Below are positions 19,370 to 29,625 of a DNA stretch of 64,000 nt, piece after piece (within the stretch, counting starts at the first letter, position 1; every line of letters begins with the position of its first letter). The DNA comes from Deltaproteobacteria bacterium UBA2409. Lineage in GTDB: Bacteria > Bdellovibrionota_C > UBA2361 > DDRT01. Where the stretch lies: assembly GCA_002343185.1 (NCBI GenBank), contig DDRT01000016.1, positions 11,072 through 75,071 of the forward strand. The letters are read 5' to 3'. Both the position numbers and the translations under genes were made by a program. The notes under the pieces were generated by a model. That model did not search any database. It was given only the letters and a program-made list of their open reading frames with translations, and was not told where the DNA came from.

Positions 19370-19829
19370 ATTCAGGAAATTTTTTGTCTAAGATCTCCAT
19401 AAGGCTGTCTCTTGTGACCTTTGCCAGTATTGACGCAGCGCTGATGCATGGGACTATTTTATCACCTCCGATTATAGTCTTCTGTTCGGTTAAAGTAGGA
19501 ATTTGTTTATTCCCATCGACTAAAATGAGGCTTGGAGCTAAGTATTCAGCTGCTTTTGCCATTCCCCAAAGCGAGGCTCTTAAAATATTTAATTTATCGA
19601 TTCTTCTGGCCCCTACAGCAATAATTTTGTAACCAAGAGCCACCTCTTTTATAAGAGAATAAGCTTCGAGTCTTTTTTTGTAAGAAAGTGCTTTTGAGTC
19701 ACATATTAAAGGGTGCTCAAAACCGTCTGGGAGTAGTACAGCCGCAGTAACCACTGGTCCTGCCAGTGGACCACGACCTGCCTCATCAACGCCTACGATT
19801 CTCGATTCTGATAATTTTCGATGGACCAT
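19269..19829 (-). CDS. rnhB: Ribonuclease HII
   Basis: IVGVDEAGRGPLAGPVVTAAV, the N-terminal catalytic motif of RNase HII. Confidence 0.9.
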   Translation of the reverse strand: MVHRKLSESRIVGVDEAGRGPLAGPVVTAAVLLPDGFEHPLICDSKALSYKKRLEAYSLIKEVALGYKIIAVGARRIDKLNILRASLWGMAKAAEYLAPSLILVDGNKQIPTLTEQKTIIGGDKIVPCISAASILAKVTRDSLMEILDKKFPEYGFAKHFGYPTKAHKEALHRFGRSAVHRQSFRF

Positions 19830-20109
19830 AAACCATGGATAGTAAGAATAAAATTACTGGATAAGCAGCCACCCTGCTAAACCAAGATGGGATACCGATT
19901 GCTTCTAGTGTTGGTAGAACCCCGGGAAGAAGGTGCTTGTCTATTAAGTATCCTAGGATACCAGCGATTCCGAGGAAGATAATTTGACTAATAAGATCTT
20001 TCGGGTGAAAGGCATGTTTTTTTCCACTCCACATCTCTAGCTTAGTGAAGATAAGAAGCAGGATAAACAGACAAGGAATTCCAAACCATAGAAAATAAAG
20101 AAGATACAT
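19786..20109 (-). CDS. Small membrane protein, hypothetical
   Basis: Three hydrophobic segments. The 3' end overlaps the rnhB start by 44 nt, so its status is uncertain. Confidence 0.35.
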   Translation of the reverse strand: MYLLYFLWFGIPCLFILLLIFTKLEMWSGKKHAFHPKDLISQIIFLGIAGILGYLIDKHLLPGVLPTLEAIGIPSWFSRVAAYPVILFLLSMVYGPSKIIRIENRRR

Positions 20110-20158
20110 AGGGTATTGTTAAACCTCCATGGGTCATACTAATCTTTAGTTAGGGCTC

Positions 20159-20530
20159 GTGGAAGTTTATAAATTTTTTTATCCACATTTTAACCCACTT
20201 CACTTTAGTACTCCGCTACGCCAGCAGGAGCTGGGGGAGCTTTCGCAAAGTGCTGTCCTATTAAGGCGGGCATTAGAGTTTGCAGTCCATAGAAACTCTG
20301 GACTTGAGCGAAGAAGAGTAAGTCAGGAACAGCTTGAGTCAGCCTTAAAAGCTCTCAGATATATTGAGCGAATTTTGCTCTCTGTTGAGGACGCTCACCC
20401 AGGAGACTCAGATCAAGATCTTGAGCAGTTAGCCAGTGAAAGAAAAGAATTACCAGGCTGGAAATCTTGGGCATCAATTCTTGAATCAGAACTAAAGAAA
20501 TCTCCAAATAAACCTGCTAAAGTTGCTTGA
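20159..20530 (+). CDS. Hypothetical protein, translationally coupled to the LOG-family gene
   Basis: 123-aa charged, helical ORF. Its TGA overlaps the downstream ATG (ATGA). Confidence 0.45.
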   Translation: MEVYKFFYPHFNPLHFSTPLRQQELGELSQSAVLLRRALEFAVHRNSGLERRRVSQEQLESALKALRYIERILLSVEDAHPGDSDQDLEQLASERKELPGWKSWASILESELKKSPNKPAKVA

Positions 20531-21231
20531 TGGCTGATGGATCCAGAGGAAAAGCGAGAAAACATCTAAATGAGAGGCTTGCTGCGCTTCATCAAAGGGC
20601 AATGCAGATTGAGGAGCAGTTAAAGAACCTTGATTCATGCAGATTTTATAGGGCATGTATATTTGGAAGTGCAAGAATCAAGGGTGATTCAGAGGAGTAC
20701 AATGAAGCATTTGAGCTTGCCAGATATTTTGCTTGGGCGGGGATTGATGTTTTAACTGGTGGCGGACATGGGTTGATGGAAGCTGCAAATAAAGGAGCTC
20801 AGTTAGGTAGGAGTGAGCAAAAAACAAAGAGCCTTTCCTTTGGAATTTCAATACAACTACCACATGAGCCTGAGCCAAATATGCATCTTGATATTAAGAG
20901 GCATCACTATAAATTTTCTTCAAGGCTTGATGATTTTATAAGATTATCTAATGCGATAGTTTGTTTGCCTGGAGGAATTGGGACTCTCTTAGAGCTTGCA
21001 TTTTCCTGGCAGTTAATTCAGGTCAAGCACATAAAGCCAAGACCACTCATATTGCTGGATAAAATGTTTTGGGGAGGATTTATCGATTGGATGAAGGGCG
21101 AAGTTCTTACAAGGTCACTTGTTTCTCAGCATGACTTTGATTCGATTGTGATTGTAGATACCCCTCAGGAAGCCTTTGAGGTTGTGAGTAAGGATTTTGA
21201 AGGATGGAGAAAGGTTTGTGAGATAGGGTAG
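20527..21231 (+). CDS. LOG-family protein (TIGR00730 Rossmann fold; nucleotide 5'-monophosphate nucleosidase-like)
   Basis: ACIFGSAR...DVLTGGGHGLMEAANKGA...PGGIGTLLEL: the GGGxGxMxA and PGGxGTxxE motifs of the LOG family. Confidence 0.8.
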   Translation: MMADGSRGKARKHLNERLAALHQRAMQIEEQLKNLDSCRFYRACIFGSARIKGDSEEYNEAFELARYFAWAGIDVLTGGGHGLMEAANKGAQLGRSEQKTKSLSFGISIQLPHEPEPNMHLDIKRHHYKFSSRLDDFIRLSNAIVCLPGGIGTLLELAFSWQLIQVKHIKPRPLILLDKMFWGGFIDWMKGEVLTRSLVSQHDFDSIVIVDTPQEAFEVVSKDFEGWRKVCEIG

Positions 21232-21267
21232 GGTACTACTGAATTGATAAAACGCGCCTTGGCGCCT

Positions 21268-22512
21268 ACATGGAGGGGGGCTACTTTTATTCATAAACCT
21301 CCTTGTATTGTTAAATCTTGGATTAACGTAAGAGACATTAGTGCTCAACTATAGTGAAGTGGGTTTTAGTTTTTAGAGAGGCTTTGTTTGCGCCTTGGAG
21401 TTGGTGCAAATTACCTAATTGAAGGCCTTTAGTATAATCCTAGATACTTAACTAGGAACCTTTGTAATGATTTATATATTAAGAAAGAACAGACAATTCT
21501 GGTCTAATCATATTGATAGCTCTTGGCAGGGTAGGTAAAAACACGCCCGGTGGAAATTCCAAATGGAAGCCTTTTCGAACGGCTTGATATGCCTGCTTGG
21601 CCTGTTCTACTAGTGAACGATAAAAACTAATGAATCTTTTTCTAAGTTTCGGGATTGTGGATAGGCAGATCGTTCTTCTGCCAAATGCCTTTGGAATATA
21701 TGGCCTTCTTAGGCTCTCTCTTTGTGAAGACACAATTTTTATAGGCTCAAGCCGTGAAAGATAAATATTAATTCTATCTTGAATCTTTTTTAGCACATCC
21801 AGATCCGACATTCGAGCAGTGTTTGCAAAGCAGTCCTTAAACGAAAGAAGATCTACTTCTAAATCGATCTCATGGTTGTTTAGATCAAGCAGCCGAGCAC
21901 TCTTTTCTTTTTCTTCTTTCCATGGCTTATCTGGGTCATTTAAGGGACTTATTGAGCTTCTTGCAATTGCTACACACTTTCTTTTGTTTACCTGAAAGCT
22001 TGAGACCCCTCTATAAGACTCAATACTACTTGACAGCTTATCTTTTACTGGATTCGTTAAAATATAGGCTATTCGATTAAATATCTCCTCCGAGTCTAAT
22101 ACTACTGGAGAATCGTATCCTTCTTCCCAAATCGTCTTCTTCCTTCTACCGAGAAGCCTATTAATCCCATGCGCAGTCTCTTGTTTTACGTATCCCACAA
22201 AGCCACAAAAATCCTCGGGATTTATTACTTTCAGTAACATATGAAAATGATTAGTAGAAAAGCAAAAACAGATTATATCTACAGGATACAACTCTTTCGC
22301 CTTAGCTAGTGATGACCAGATAATCAAATTAACAAAAGAATAGGGCAGAAGTGGTAGCCCTTCTTCCGTTCTCGATGTCACCATCACTATATCGCGATTC
22401 CTATACACCTTTCTTAAACGAGGCATATTATTCCTATCGCAATATCTACGATTTTGTTTACTACAAAAGTAGCCCCCCTCCAGCCACTACGGCCCCCCTC
22501 CAGCCACTACGC
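21268..22512 (-). mobile_element. IS200/RAYT-like element: a Y1 (HuH) transposase gene flanked by inverted hairpin repeats
   Basis: Left flank acatGGAGGGGGGCTACtttt at ~21268-21295. Right flank aaaaGTAGCCCCCCTCCagccactacg at ~22455-22492, whose 20-mer is tandemly duplicated to 22512. The two flanks are reverse complements of each other. Confidence 0.65.
21479..22426 (-). CDS. Y1 HuH transposase (IS200/IS605 / REP-associated tyrosine transposase-like) with a C-terminal extension
   Basis: HuH motif STNHFHMLLKV and the catalytic Tyr region RIAYILTNPVKDKL. The 315-aa length exceeds typical RAYTs. Confidence 0.7.
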   Translation of the reverse strand: MPRLRKVYRNRDIVMVTSRTEEGLPLLPYSFVNLIIWSSLAKAKELYPVDIICFCFSTNHFHMLLKVINPEDFCGFVGYVKQETAHGINRLLGRRKKTIWEEGYDSPVVLDSEEIFNRIAYILTNPVKDKLSSSIESYRGVSSFQVNKRKCVAIARSSISPLNDPDKPWKEEKEKSARLLDLNNHEIDLEVDLLSFKDCFANTARMSDLDVLKKIQDRINIYLSRLEPIKIVSSQRESLRRPYIPKAFGRRTICLSTIPKLRKRFISFYRSLVEQAKQAYQAVRKGFHLEFPPGVFLPTLPRAINMIRPELSVLS

Positions 22513-22927
22513 GGCGTAGCTTCAAGTTTTACAAAAACAATTTGTCTTGGAGATCTAGTTTGTTTCATTCAGCGACGTATGTTTTTTTTTGAGCAGCTTC
22601 ATTTTTAAGCCATTAGCCCCATTACTTTCGATGTGAAAATAGAGAGGCAACTGTCCCCATTCACACCTAAAGATATTTGCAGATTTCAAAGAGAGTGAAC
22701 ATATTTAGAGCCACCCTCCTTTGGAGATCTCTAATACTTAATTATCCACATGTTTTCAAATACTTATAAAATATTAGAAAATTTATTTTTAAAGGAGTCT
22801 GGTTCCAGAATTCACTCCTCTTCCAATCAAACTCTTTTACTTTCATATACCTACGTAGAGGACTATGATTTATGCATGCTTCGAGTTAGGCTCTCACTAA
22901 TAATTTTAGGTTCCTGTAAAATAATTT

Positions 22928-23437
22928 ATGGCCTCAAACAATATTACTTCTTATGTTGCCGCTACTCCTATTCTACTCACTCCCAATGATGGAGAACGAT
23001 TCTCTATAATCGGCGGTGGTGTTCGTATACTTATTGATGGTGCCTCATCCGGTGGCCGCTGCTGTATGTTTGAATGTCCGATACCTCCTGGAGATGGACC
23101 GCCCCTTCATAAACACGAGCACGAAGACGAATTATTTTATGTTCTTCAAGGGAAAATTAAGTTTTCAGTTGATGGGGAAATATTTATTGGAGAACCAGGT
23201 TCATTTGCATGTGCCCCACGAGGCTCGGTACATTCATTTCGTAACATAGGAGCACAAACTGCACTTCTGCTTGTAACGTGCACACCTTCAGGGTTAGAGA
23301 TTCCATTTAGAGCAGTCCGCGACCCAGAACCTGGAGATACTCGTGATAAACTATCTCCAGAAGAAGTAATGTCTGAGTTTTATAAACATGGAATAACATT
23401 TGTAGGTCCGCCTTTGACTGACGAACATGACGAATGA
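22928..23437 (+). CDS. Cupin-domain protein
   Basis: PLHKHEHEDELFYVLQG ... GSVHSFRN: cupin motifs 1 and 2. Confidence 0.65.
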   Translation: MASNNITSYVAATPILLTPNDGERFSIIGGGVRILIDGASSGGRCCMFECPIPPGDGPPLHKHEHEDELFYVLQGKIKFSVDGEIFIGEPGSFACAPRGSVHSFRNIGAQTALLLVTCTPSGLEIPFRAVRDPEPGDTRDKLSPEEVMSEFYKHGITFVGPPLTDEHDE

Positions 23438-23463
23438 TCCCATAAAAATGCTAGGCTCATAAA

Positions 23464-24252
23464 ATGAATTTAAATACAATAAAATTTGATGATGGTGATG
23501 CTTACGAGCAATACATGGGAATATGGAGCAAGCTGGTAGGTGATATATTTTTAAAGTGGCTATCTCCAGCTCCAGGATTGCAATGGCTTGATGTAGGTTG
23601 CGGTAACGGAGCATTTACCGAAAATATTGTTGAAAGTTGTTCTCCCTCTTCTGTTCATGGGATTGACCCATCAATAGAGCAGATTGATTTTGCTCGCTCT
23701 CGACTTGATTCGACTCTCACAAAGTTTACTCAAGGAGATGCTATGGATTTGCCATTTCAGGATCAATCATTCGATATAGCCATTATGCCACTAGTAATTT
23801 TCTTCGTACCGGAGCCAGAGAAAGGAGTTTCTGAAATGGTTCGAGTGGTTCGTCCAGGAGGGATTGTTTCAGCTTATGCGTGGGACATGATGGAAGGTGG
23901 ATTCCCGTATATGAACTTGATTGACGAAATTCGGTTGATGGGAATTGATGTTCCAGTTCCCCCTAATCCTGACGCATCCCGTTTAGAAACTATGAAAAGA
24001 CTTTGGATAAATTCTAGTCTTGTTTCAGTTGAAGAAACGGAGATCACTGTTCAGCGTTCATATTCAGATTTTGATGAATATTGGTCAATTGTTCTAAGGG
24101 GACCAAGTGTTGGATCAAGCCTAAAAGCCATGCCCTATGATGAATTAACAAATCTTAAAGATAGAATGCGCAAAGTTCTACCTTTCAACTCATCCGGACG
24201 TATTACTCTTAGTGCGCGTGCAAATGCAATTAAAGGGTCTGTTCCAGGTTAA
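23464..24252 (+). CDS. Class I SAM-dependent methyltransferase
   Basis: Motif I WLDVGCGNGAF, a DxxxE-like motif and FDIAIM. Confidence 0.7.
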   Translation: MNLNTIKFDDGDAYEQYMGIWSKLVGDIFLKWLSPAPGLQWLDVGCGNGAFTENIVESCSPSSVHGIDPSIEQIDFARSRLDSTLTKFTQGDAMDLPFQDQSFDIAIMPLVIFFVPEPEKGVSEMVRVVRPGGIVSAYAWDMMEGGFPYMNLIDEIRLMGIDVPVPPNPDASRLETMKRLWINSSLVSVEETEITVQRSYSDFDEYWSIVLRGPSVGSSLKAMPYDELTNLKDRMRKVLPFNSSGRITLSARANAIKGSVPG

Positions 24253-24447
24253 ATCTTGCAGATAGAACTCTCAATCCGATGAAGTGCAGGCTCAACTGAG
24301 GGTGCTTGTATACTGGATGTATTATTATTTGGAGTCATCCTCTTATTGGATCTCCAATTCTTAATTCCCACTCATACGTTCAAGTGCTTACAAATTTATG
24401 GAAGAACTATTATTAGAGGTTGACTACAAAATCCGCAGATACCTGCC

Positions 24448-25683
24448 TCAAGATAGATTCTGATAAAGTCCACGACATGGCTCGATCATATATCGTCTAA
24501 TAACATCAAAAGTATATTCACTAGGATGAAAACCATTAAATAGATCTTGACCAGATCTCTTGTGAAAACCTTCTTCAATGGTTGCAGAGTATGCTCTATC
24601 AGCAACTGTTCTGAATGCTGCAATCAGACCATCATAAGTTGGATCCGTGAGTCTGATTTTATCTCGATCAACAACAAAAGTAGGACTATCTGTTGGGTCT
24701 TTAGATGGATTCCAAAGGACTGTATCGAAAATCATTGAAGTAGCAAGGACATCAAAATCACCTTCGCCCCCCGGTCTATGAATGTCCATACCAAACATTG
24801 TACAGCAACTTGCAGCAACGATTTTACCAGGATGTATTCCTATCGATACCTTTTCTAATGGAGCACGCACACCGGGATAGGTTCCAAAAATCCAATCAGC
24901 TGCCCAGTATTCCATTCCACTTGCCCAATATTCTTCTATCGCTCGATCTCTAATTGTTGAAACCCTACCCTCTTCAAGTCGCCTTCTAAATCCAAAACCG
25001 CTTGAGTGGCCAATATCATGTAGTCCATAGTCAAGAGCCCTTGCTAAGTCTCCCTCAACTCCCTGAACAGCCGATATAAGAAGTTCCGCAGTTTCTTCAT
25101 CGAAAATTCTTCTAATACATTCTGCGCCAATATTATCAAAGCGCCTGCGCTGCTCTGTTAAATTTAGAAGTGCAGGCCCTCCTCTGCCTCTATCAAACTG
25201 CCAAGAATCAGGAACAATGAAGGCTTCACCTGATTCGCCTCCAATAAGGCCATAATTCCAGTTCTCATGATATGGAGTTACCTTGGAAGGATTTTCTCCA
25301 AGAAACATCCGCATGTACCCTCTAAGATCAAAAAATTGTTTTGCAGCAATTCTCATTCCCTCAATTTTGGCAAGAATACCATGATCAACTTTGCCAGATA
25401 GAGCACTTAGGGTGCTTATAACTTCTCCGCCACGCCGCTGAATAAATGGCCCTGCTAAAATAAAATCCCCATTATCAGAGTTGACAAACGAACTAGTTAC
25501 GAAACGATTTTCGATTGATTTCCATGTATTCTTCCTAATTGCATATAGAAGCTCTCTTTTGTAACCATTAGGTAGATCCTCCGTGCTGTTAAGAACTATT
25601 TGATAAAGTTCCTCATGTTGTGGAATCGCATTGCCTAAATGTCTTGGGCTAAATCGTATACTTGCTGTATGAATTGCAACCAC
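24448..25683 (-). CDS. Hypothetical protein (possible metal-dependent hydrolase)
   Basis: 411-aa ORF. LHDIGHSSGFGF suggests a metal-binding site, but no family could be assigned. Confidence 0.4.
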   Translation of the reverse strand: MVAIHTASIRFSPRHLGNAIPQHEELYQIVLNSTEDLPNGYKRELLYAIRKNTWKSIENRFVTSSFVNSDNGDFILAGPFIQRRGGEVISTLSALSGKVDHGILAKIEGMRIAAKQFFDLRGYMRMFLGENPSKVTPYHENWNYGLIGGESGEAFIVPDSWQFDRGRGGPALLNLTEQRRRFDNIGAECIRRIFDEETAELLISAVQGVEGDLARALDYGLHDIGHSSGFGFRRRLEEGRVSTIRDRAIEEYWASGMEYWAADWIFGTYPGVRAPLEKVSIGIHPGKIVAASCCTMFGMDIHRPGGEGDFDVLATSMIFDTVLWNPSKDPTDSPTFVVDRDKIRLTDPTYDGLIAAFRTVADRAYSATIEEGFHKRSGQDLFNGFHPSEYTFDVIRRYMIEPCRGLYQNLS

Positions 25684-25857
25684 AATTATTTCCGATTAAG
25701 AGACATAGTACGTTCTGTTTATTTTATCATCTTTGAGATCTATGTCTTGCTAAGTAATTTATAACAACGGGACATGCAAAAACCTCAATAACTTCAGCTC
25801 CTTAACTTTACCTGAACCATACAGGTAATTGACTAAGATCAGTTAGATAAGGGTTTT

Positions 25858-28695
25858 GTGAGGTTATTCTTAAGTATAGTTTTGTTATTTATTTTTGAAG
25901 CTTCTGCGCAAAAGTTAAGCCCTAACTTCCTAAAAAAATATAACTTAAAAGCCACCTGCCAAAATGGAAAATTTGGTGCAGTTTACAAAAACCGCTTTAA
26001 AAGAATTCATAAGTTTAAGCATAAATTTAAATCTCAGCGCGCATACAAGAAAGCTAAAAAGAAGGGAAAGATCTTATGTGCAACTGTAAACTTTGTAGAA
26101 ACCCCAAAAGCCACTCCAGATCCGACACCAACAATAACTCCAACAGCTACTCCAACCGAAGATCTTAATATTACCTGTGATGATTCGTTGCCAGCAGAAA
26201 CCCCGATAGCAAGAGAACTTGAAGAGGGGAATATAATTCGTGACCCTTGGAGATATAATAAATCTGCCCCTCAGCCTACACCAACTCCCCCATCTCCTCC
26301 GGCAGGATTTTCTCATCAACTTGATGGGCAAAATAAAATTTTAAAGTATACAGGTTCATTTGAGACTGAAGAGCTTGAGGGATACATGAAAATCCCACTT
26401 TCTATTGATGGTCTTGAAAATGGGGAAAACTATCTCATTTCTTATCGACATAAAGTAGAAAATGTTCATTGTTACAACTCACTTAAGTATCCTGGCCATA
26501 ATGCCAATGCTTACATAGCAGATACAAAGGGGATCTACTGTGGAATACCTTCAGCATATCTTGTTATTAGACGAAATGGAGCAGTCTGGGGAGAGTATCT
26601 AAGGCTTACAACCTTACCACGCTGGGACGGTGGATACACCTGGAATGAAAGACGAGATTGGGCTGAGGAAAAAATGTTATTTAGATTACCAAAAACAGGC
26701 ACAATTACTCTTGAGCTAAGGCTTGAAATGAAAGGCTTTAATGGAGATTTTTTAATCGATAATGTAGCTATCTCACGCGAATCTCTTGGATTTGAAATGC
26801 AGCTTGATGGGGGGGAATTTTCTACTAATGAAAAAAATTACAACTTTCGTGATGTAAGGATAGTAAAAGCAAGTCCAAAGTGTGTTGAAACAGATAACCT
26901 ATCTATTGAAACAGCAGGAATTCATTTTAAAACTGAAATGGATTCTTTGGTTGTAACTCGAGATGGAAGAAAGATCTCGAAACTTCAATTTGAAAGTGGA
27001 GCGTTGGTAGGTCTTAAAATCAGATCAAAGCCTCCGCAAGATACAGCAGGGAACGTTATACTCTCAAATGATAAAGTAGCTCTTAAAATCGGAGCGGATG
27101 GAATGGTAGTTGGTAAGGCTAAAGAAGATATAGCTATTTCAGTAACAGGGAATGAAGATAATCGCTCAGATAATTCCTGTCCTGAATGTTATAAGAAATT
27201 TTATTTTAACTATGAGGCTGGGGTTGTTTTTGAATCTAATATTGAGTCCTATGATGGATTTCTTTTCTCTCAGATTTTTCCATATCAGGACGTGACTGCC
27301 TTGAAGGTAAATGCCTACTCCTCTGCTATACCAGCCCCAACTCCTTCAGGCCCTTCTTATAGTGATCGATATGGTGATTGGAGATATAACGAACAATATT
27401 TAAGAGATGTAATCGAACGTCCACTACCAGAGGTAATTTATGTACCTGATAATTGGACTAGTCTTCCACAGGGCGCTAAAACTCCATCAAGAACCTGGGA
27501 GCTCAATTATCAGATTCCAAAAAGAGGTCAGTTTATTCTATCAGCATTCCCTGTTAGAACGATTGACCCTAAAGCGATGTGTGGTGAAAGATTTCAAAGT
27601 GGCCTTTCGGTTGATCCGAAAAATTCAGATTCAGGGACCAATTTTATTAACAGGTACTTAGAGGCATCAAGAGTTGCACCAAATCACCTAAATATACTCT
27701 TTTTAAATTGGACTAAGTATTCAAGAGCAATAAACGATAATATTCCTCAGTATTATTTTATGGAGTACTATCTTGATGGAACTACCAGAAGATTTAGGTA
27801 TGTAGCTCCAGATCCTTTAGCTTTAGATTGCCCTTCAAGCTCTACTTTTCTTGGAGTTTGTAAAAGGAAATTCCAAAAGGGCTCAGACATTCATGGGCCA
27901 TATTACGTTACACAAGAACTGGATCTGCAAGGTGTTTCTGAGGAGTTGCATGTAATAAATTTCTTACAACAATCAGAAGACCCAATATTCTATATTGGGC
28001 TTCAATTTTTCTACTCAAAGAACCCAGAGGTTATCTTAGAAAATTTACAGGAGATCTTTGATCGATATAAACCTTTTGGTTTAAAGGGATTTTATTTTGA
28101 TGGAGCTATTCCTGCAGAACCTCTTAAAACTCTAGAAGTTTTAAGAGGAACAAGAAGAATCGTAGGGGAAGAAGGAGTTGTAATTCACCACTATTCTAAG
28201 CCAAATGAATTACTTCCACAGACAGACCATTATTTTATCCCTTCACTAACAGCAAGTCTAAATGCGAGGCTTTTAGGTGAGGGGGTTAAAAAAGAGTGGG
28301 ATCTGAGAGGTTCAGTTGGTTGCCCTAAAGTTTGGGGTTTGATGTACGGAGGTAAAGGTACAGTTGTTTCAGCATTAATGCCTGAATTAAGGGGAGTTGA
28401 TTTCTGGAAAACAACTGATAGCGAATTCTTTTATTCTTCAGTGCCTCCAAGAGATCAAACAAGAGCGCAACTCAATTGTGGAGGACAGATCTTTGCTCCA
28501 ATTCACAACGAACCGCTTTCGGCTACGTCTAGTCGGAAAGTTTTTGCCTTTATTGAAAAATCAAAATCAGGAATTAACGCTACAGGGTCTCCACTTAGAG
28601 ACAAAGCTTGCATGCCTACTGAAGCTTCAGACCCACAATGCCCAAATAATGGAGAGGATGGATATTGGTCAGGGCTACAGCTTAGATGTAACTAG
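25858..28695 (+). CDS. Large secreted protein, hypothetical
   Basis: GTG start with signal peptide MRLFLSIVLLFIFEASA, then a basic K/R-rich stretch and a TPxPTP linker. 945 aa. Confidence 0.55.
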   Translation: MRLFLSIVLLFIFEASAQKLSPNFLKKYNLKATCQNGKFGAVYKNRFKRIHKFKHKFKSQRAYKKAKKKGKILCATVNFVETPKATPDPTPTITPTATPTEDLNITCDDSLPAETPIARELEEGNIIRDPWRYNKSAPQPTPTPPSPPAGFSHQLDGQNKILKYTGSFETEELEGYMKIPLSIDGLENGENYLISYRHKVENVHCYNSLKYPGHNANAYIADTKGIYCGIPSAYLVIRRNGAVWGEYLRLTTLPRWDGGYTWNERRDWAEEKMLFRLPKTGTITLELRLEMKGFNGDFLIDNVAISRESLGFEMQLDGGEFSTNEKNYNFRDVRIVKASPKCVETDNLSIETAGIHFKTEMDSLVVTRDGRKISKLQFESGALVGLKIRSKPPQDTAGNVILSNDKVALKIGADGMVVGKAKEDIAISVTGNEDNRSDNSCPECYKKFYFNYEAGVVFESNIESYDGFLFSQIFPYQDVTALKVNAYSSAIPAPTPSGPSYSDRYGDWRYNEQYLRDVIERPLPEVIYVPDNWTSLPQGAKTPSRTWELNYQIPKRGQFILSAFPVRTIDPKAMCGERFQSGLSVDPKNSDSGTNFINRYLEASRVAPNHLNILFLNWTKYSRAINDNIPQYYFMEYYLDGTTRRFRYVAPDPLALDCPSSSTFLGVCKRKFQKGSDIHGPYYVTQELDLQGVSEELHVINFLQQSEDPIFYIGLQFFYSKNPEVILENLQEIFDRYKPFGLKGFYFDGAIPAEPLKTLEVLRGTRRIVGEEGVVIHHYSKPNELLPQTDHYFIPSLTASLNARLLGEGVKKEWDLRGSVGCPKVWGLMYGGKGTVVSALMPELRGVDFWKTTDSEFFYSSVPPRDQTRAQLNCGGQIFAPIHNEPLSATSSRKVFAFIEKSKSGINATGSPLRDKACMPTEASDPQCPNNGEDGYWSGLQLRCN

Positions 28696-29547
28696 GCTTT
28701 TCATATATTCAAGTAGCCTGTCTTTAATCTCAGGCATCTTAAGAGCATAAGCAATATTAGCCTGGATAAATCCAAACTTATCACCTGCGTCGTATCTATC
28801 ACCCTTAAAAAGATAACCAACAAATCCTTCTTCTTTCATAAGACGTGCCATGGCATCAGTAAGTTGAATCTCCCCGCCTTTTCCAGGGGTTTGTCTTTCA
28901 AGGATCTCAAAGATCTTAGGGGTAAGAATATATCGCCCAACAATTGCATATCTTGATGGGGCTTCCTCAAGAGCCGGTTTTTCCACCATCTTATTAAGAT
29001 CTAAAACACCAGGTTCTAATTCTGCTCCAGCAGCGCAACCAAACTTTGAAATATCCTCATCAGAAACCTTCATTAAAGCTACAACAGATTTCCCGTATTT
29101 ATTGTAAACATCGATCATCTGCTTTGTGCATGGCACTTCTGCATCTACTAAGTCATCACCAAGAAGAACAGCAAAAGGCTCATCACCAACTATATCTTTT
29201 GCGCATAAAACTGCGTGGCCTAACCCCCTTGGGCTTTGCTGTCTTGTTGAAACGATCTTAACAAGTCCACTTGCTTCATTAAGAAGTCTTGCAAGGTCAT
29301 ATTTACCTTCACTTTCAAGTTTTGCCTGAAGTTCGGAGTTAAGATCAAAGTGATCAACTATGCCGGTTTTCCCTTTTCCTGTTACAAGAACTACAGTTTC
29401 GATACCTGCCTGATGAACTTCTTCAACTATGTATTGAATTGTTGGAGTGTCAACAATTGGGAGAAGCTCTTTTGGCACTGACTTTGTAGCCGGAAGAAAT
29501 CTTGTGCCTAAACCTGCTGCTGGAACTATCGCCTTTTTTACTTTCAT
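28675..29547 (-). CDS. galU: UTP--glucose-1-phosphate uridylyltransferase
   Basis: KAIVPAAGLGTRFLPATKSVPKELLPIVD, the N-terminal signature of GalU. Confidence 0.9.
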   Translation of the reverse strand: MKVKKAIVPAAGLGTRFLPATKSVPKELLPIVDTPTIQYIVEEVHQAGIETVVLVTGKGKTGIVDHFDLNSELQAKLESEGKYDLARLLNEASGLVKIVSTRQQSPRGLGHAVLCAKDIVGDEPFAVLLGDDLVDAEVPCTKQMIDVYNKYGKSVVALMKVSDEDISKFGCAAGAELEPGVLDLNKMVEKPALEEAPSRYAIVGRYILTPKIFEILERQTPGKGGEIQLTDAMARLMKEEGFVGYLFKGDRYDAGDKFGFIQANIAYALKMPEIKDRLLEYMKSLVTSKL

Positions 29548-29625
29548 AAGGGGGACATATTAGCCAAAAAATAAGGAAACTTCCAATAAGAGTCTCCGAT
29601 AGAACTAAAGAGAAGGAGAAAAGAA

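Noticed and set aside
22750-22989. ORF 22750..22989 upstream of the cupin gene
   Set aside because: It has low-complexity, atypical composition and overlaps the cupin gene start. It is more likely promoter/leader sequence.
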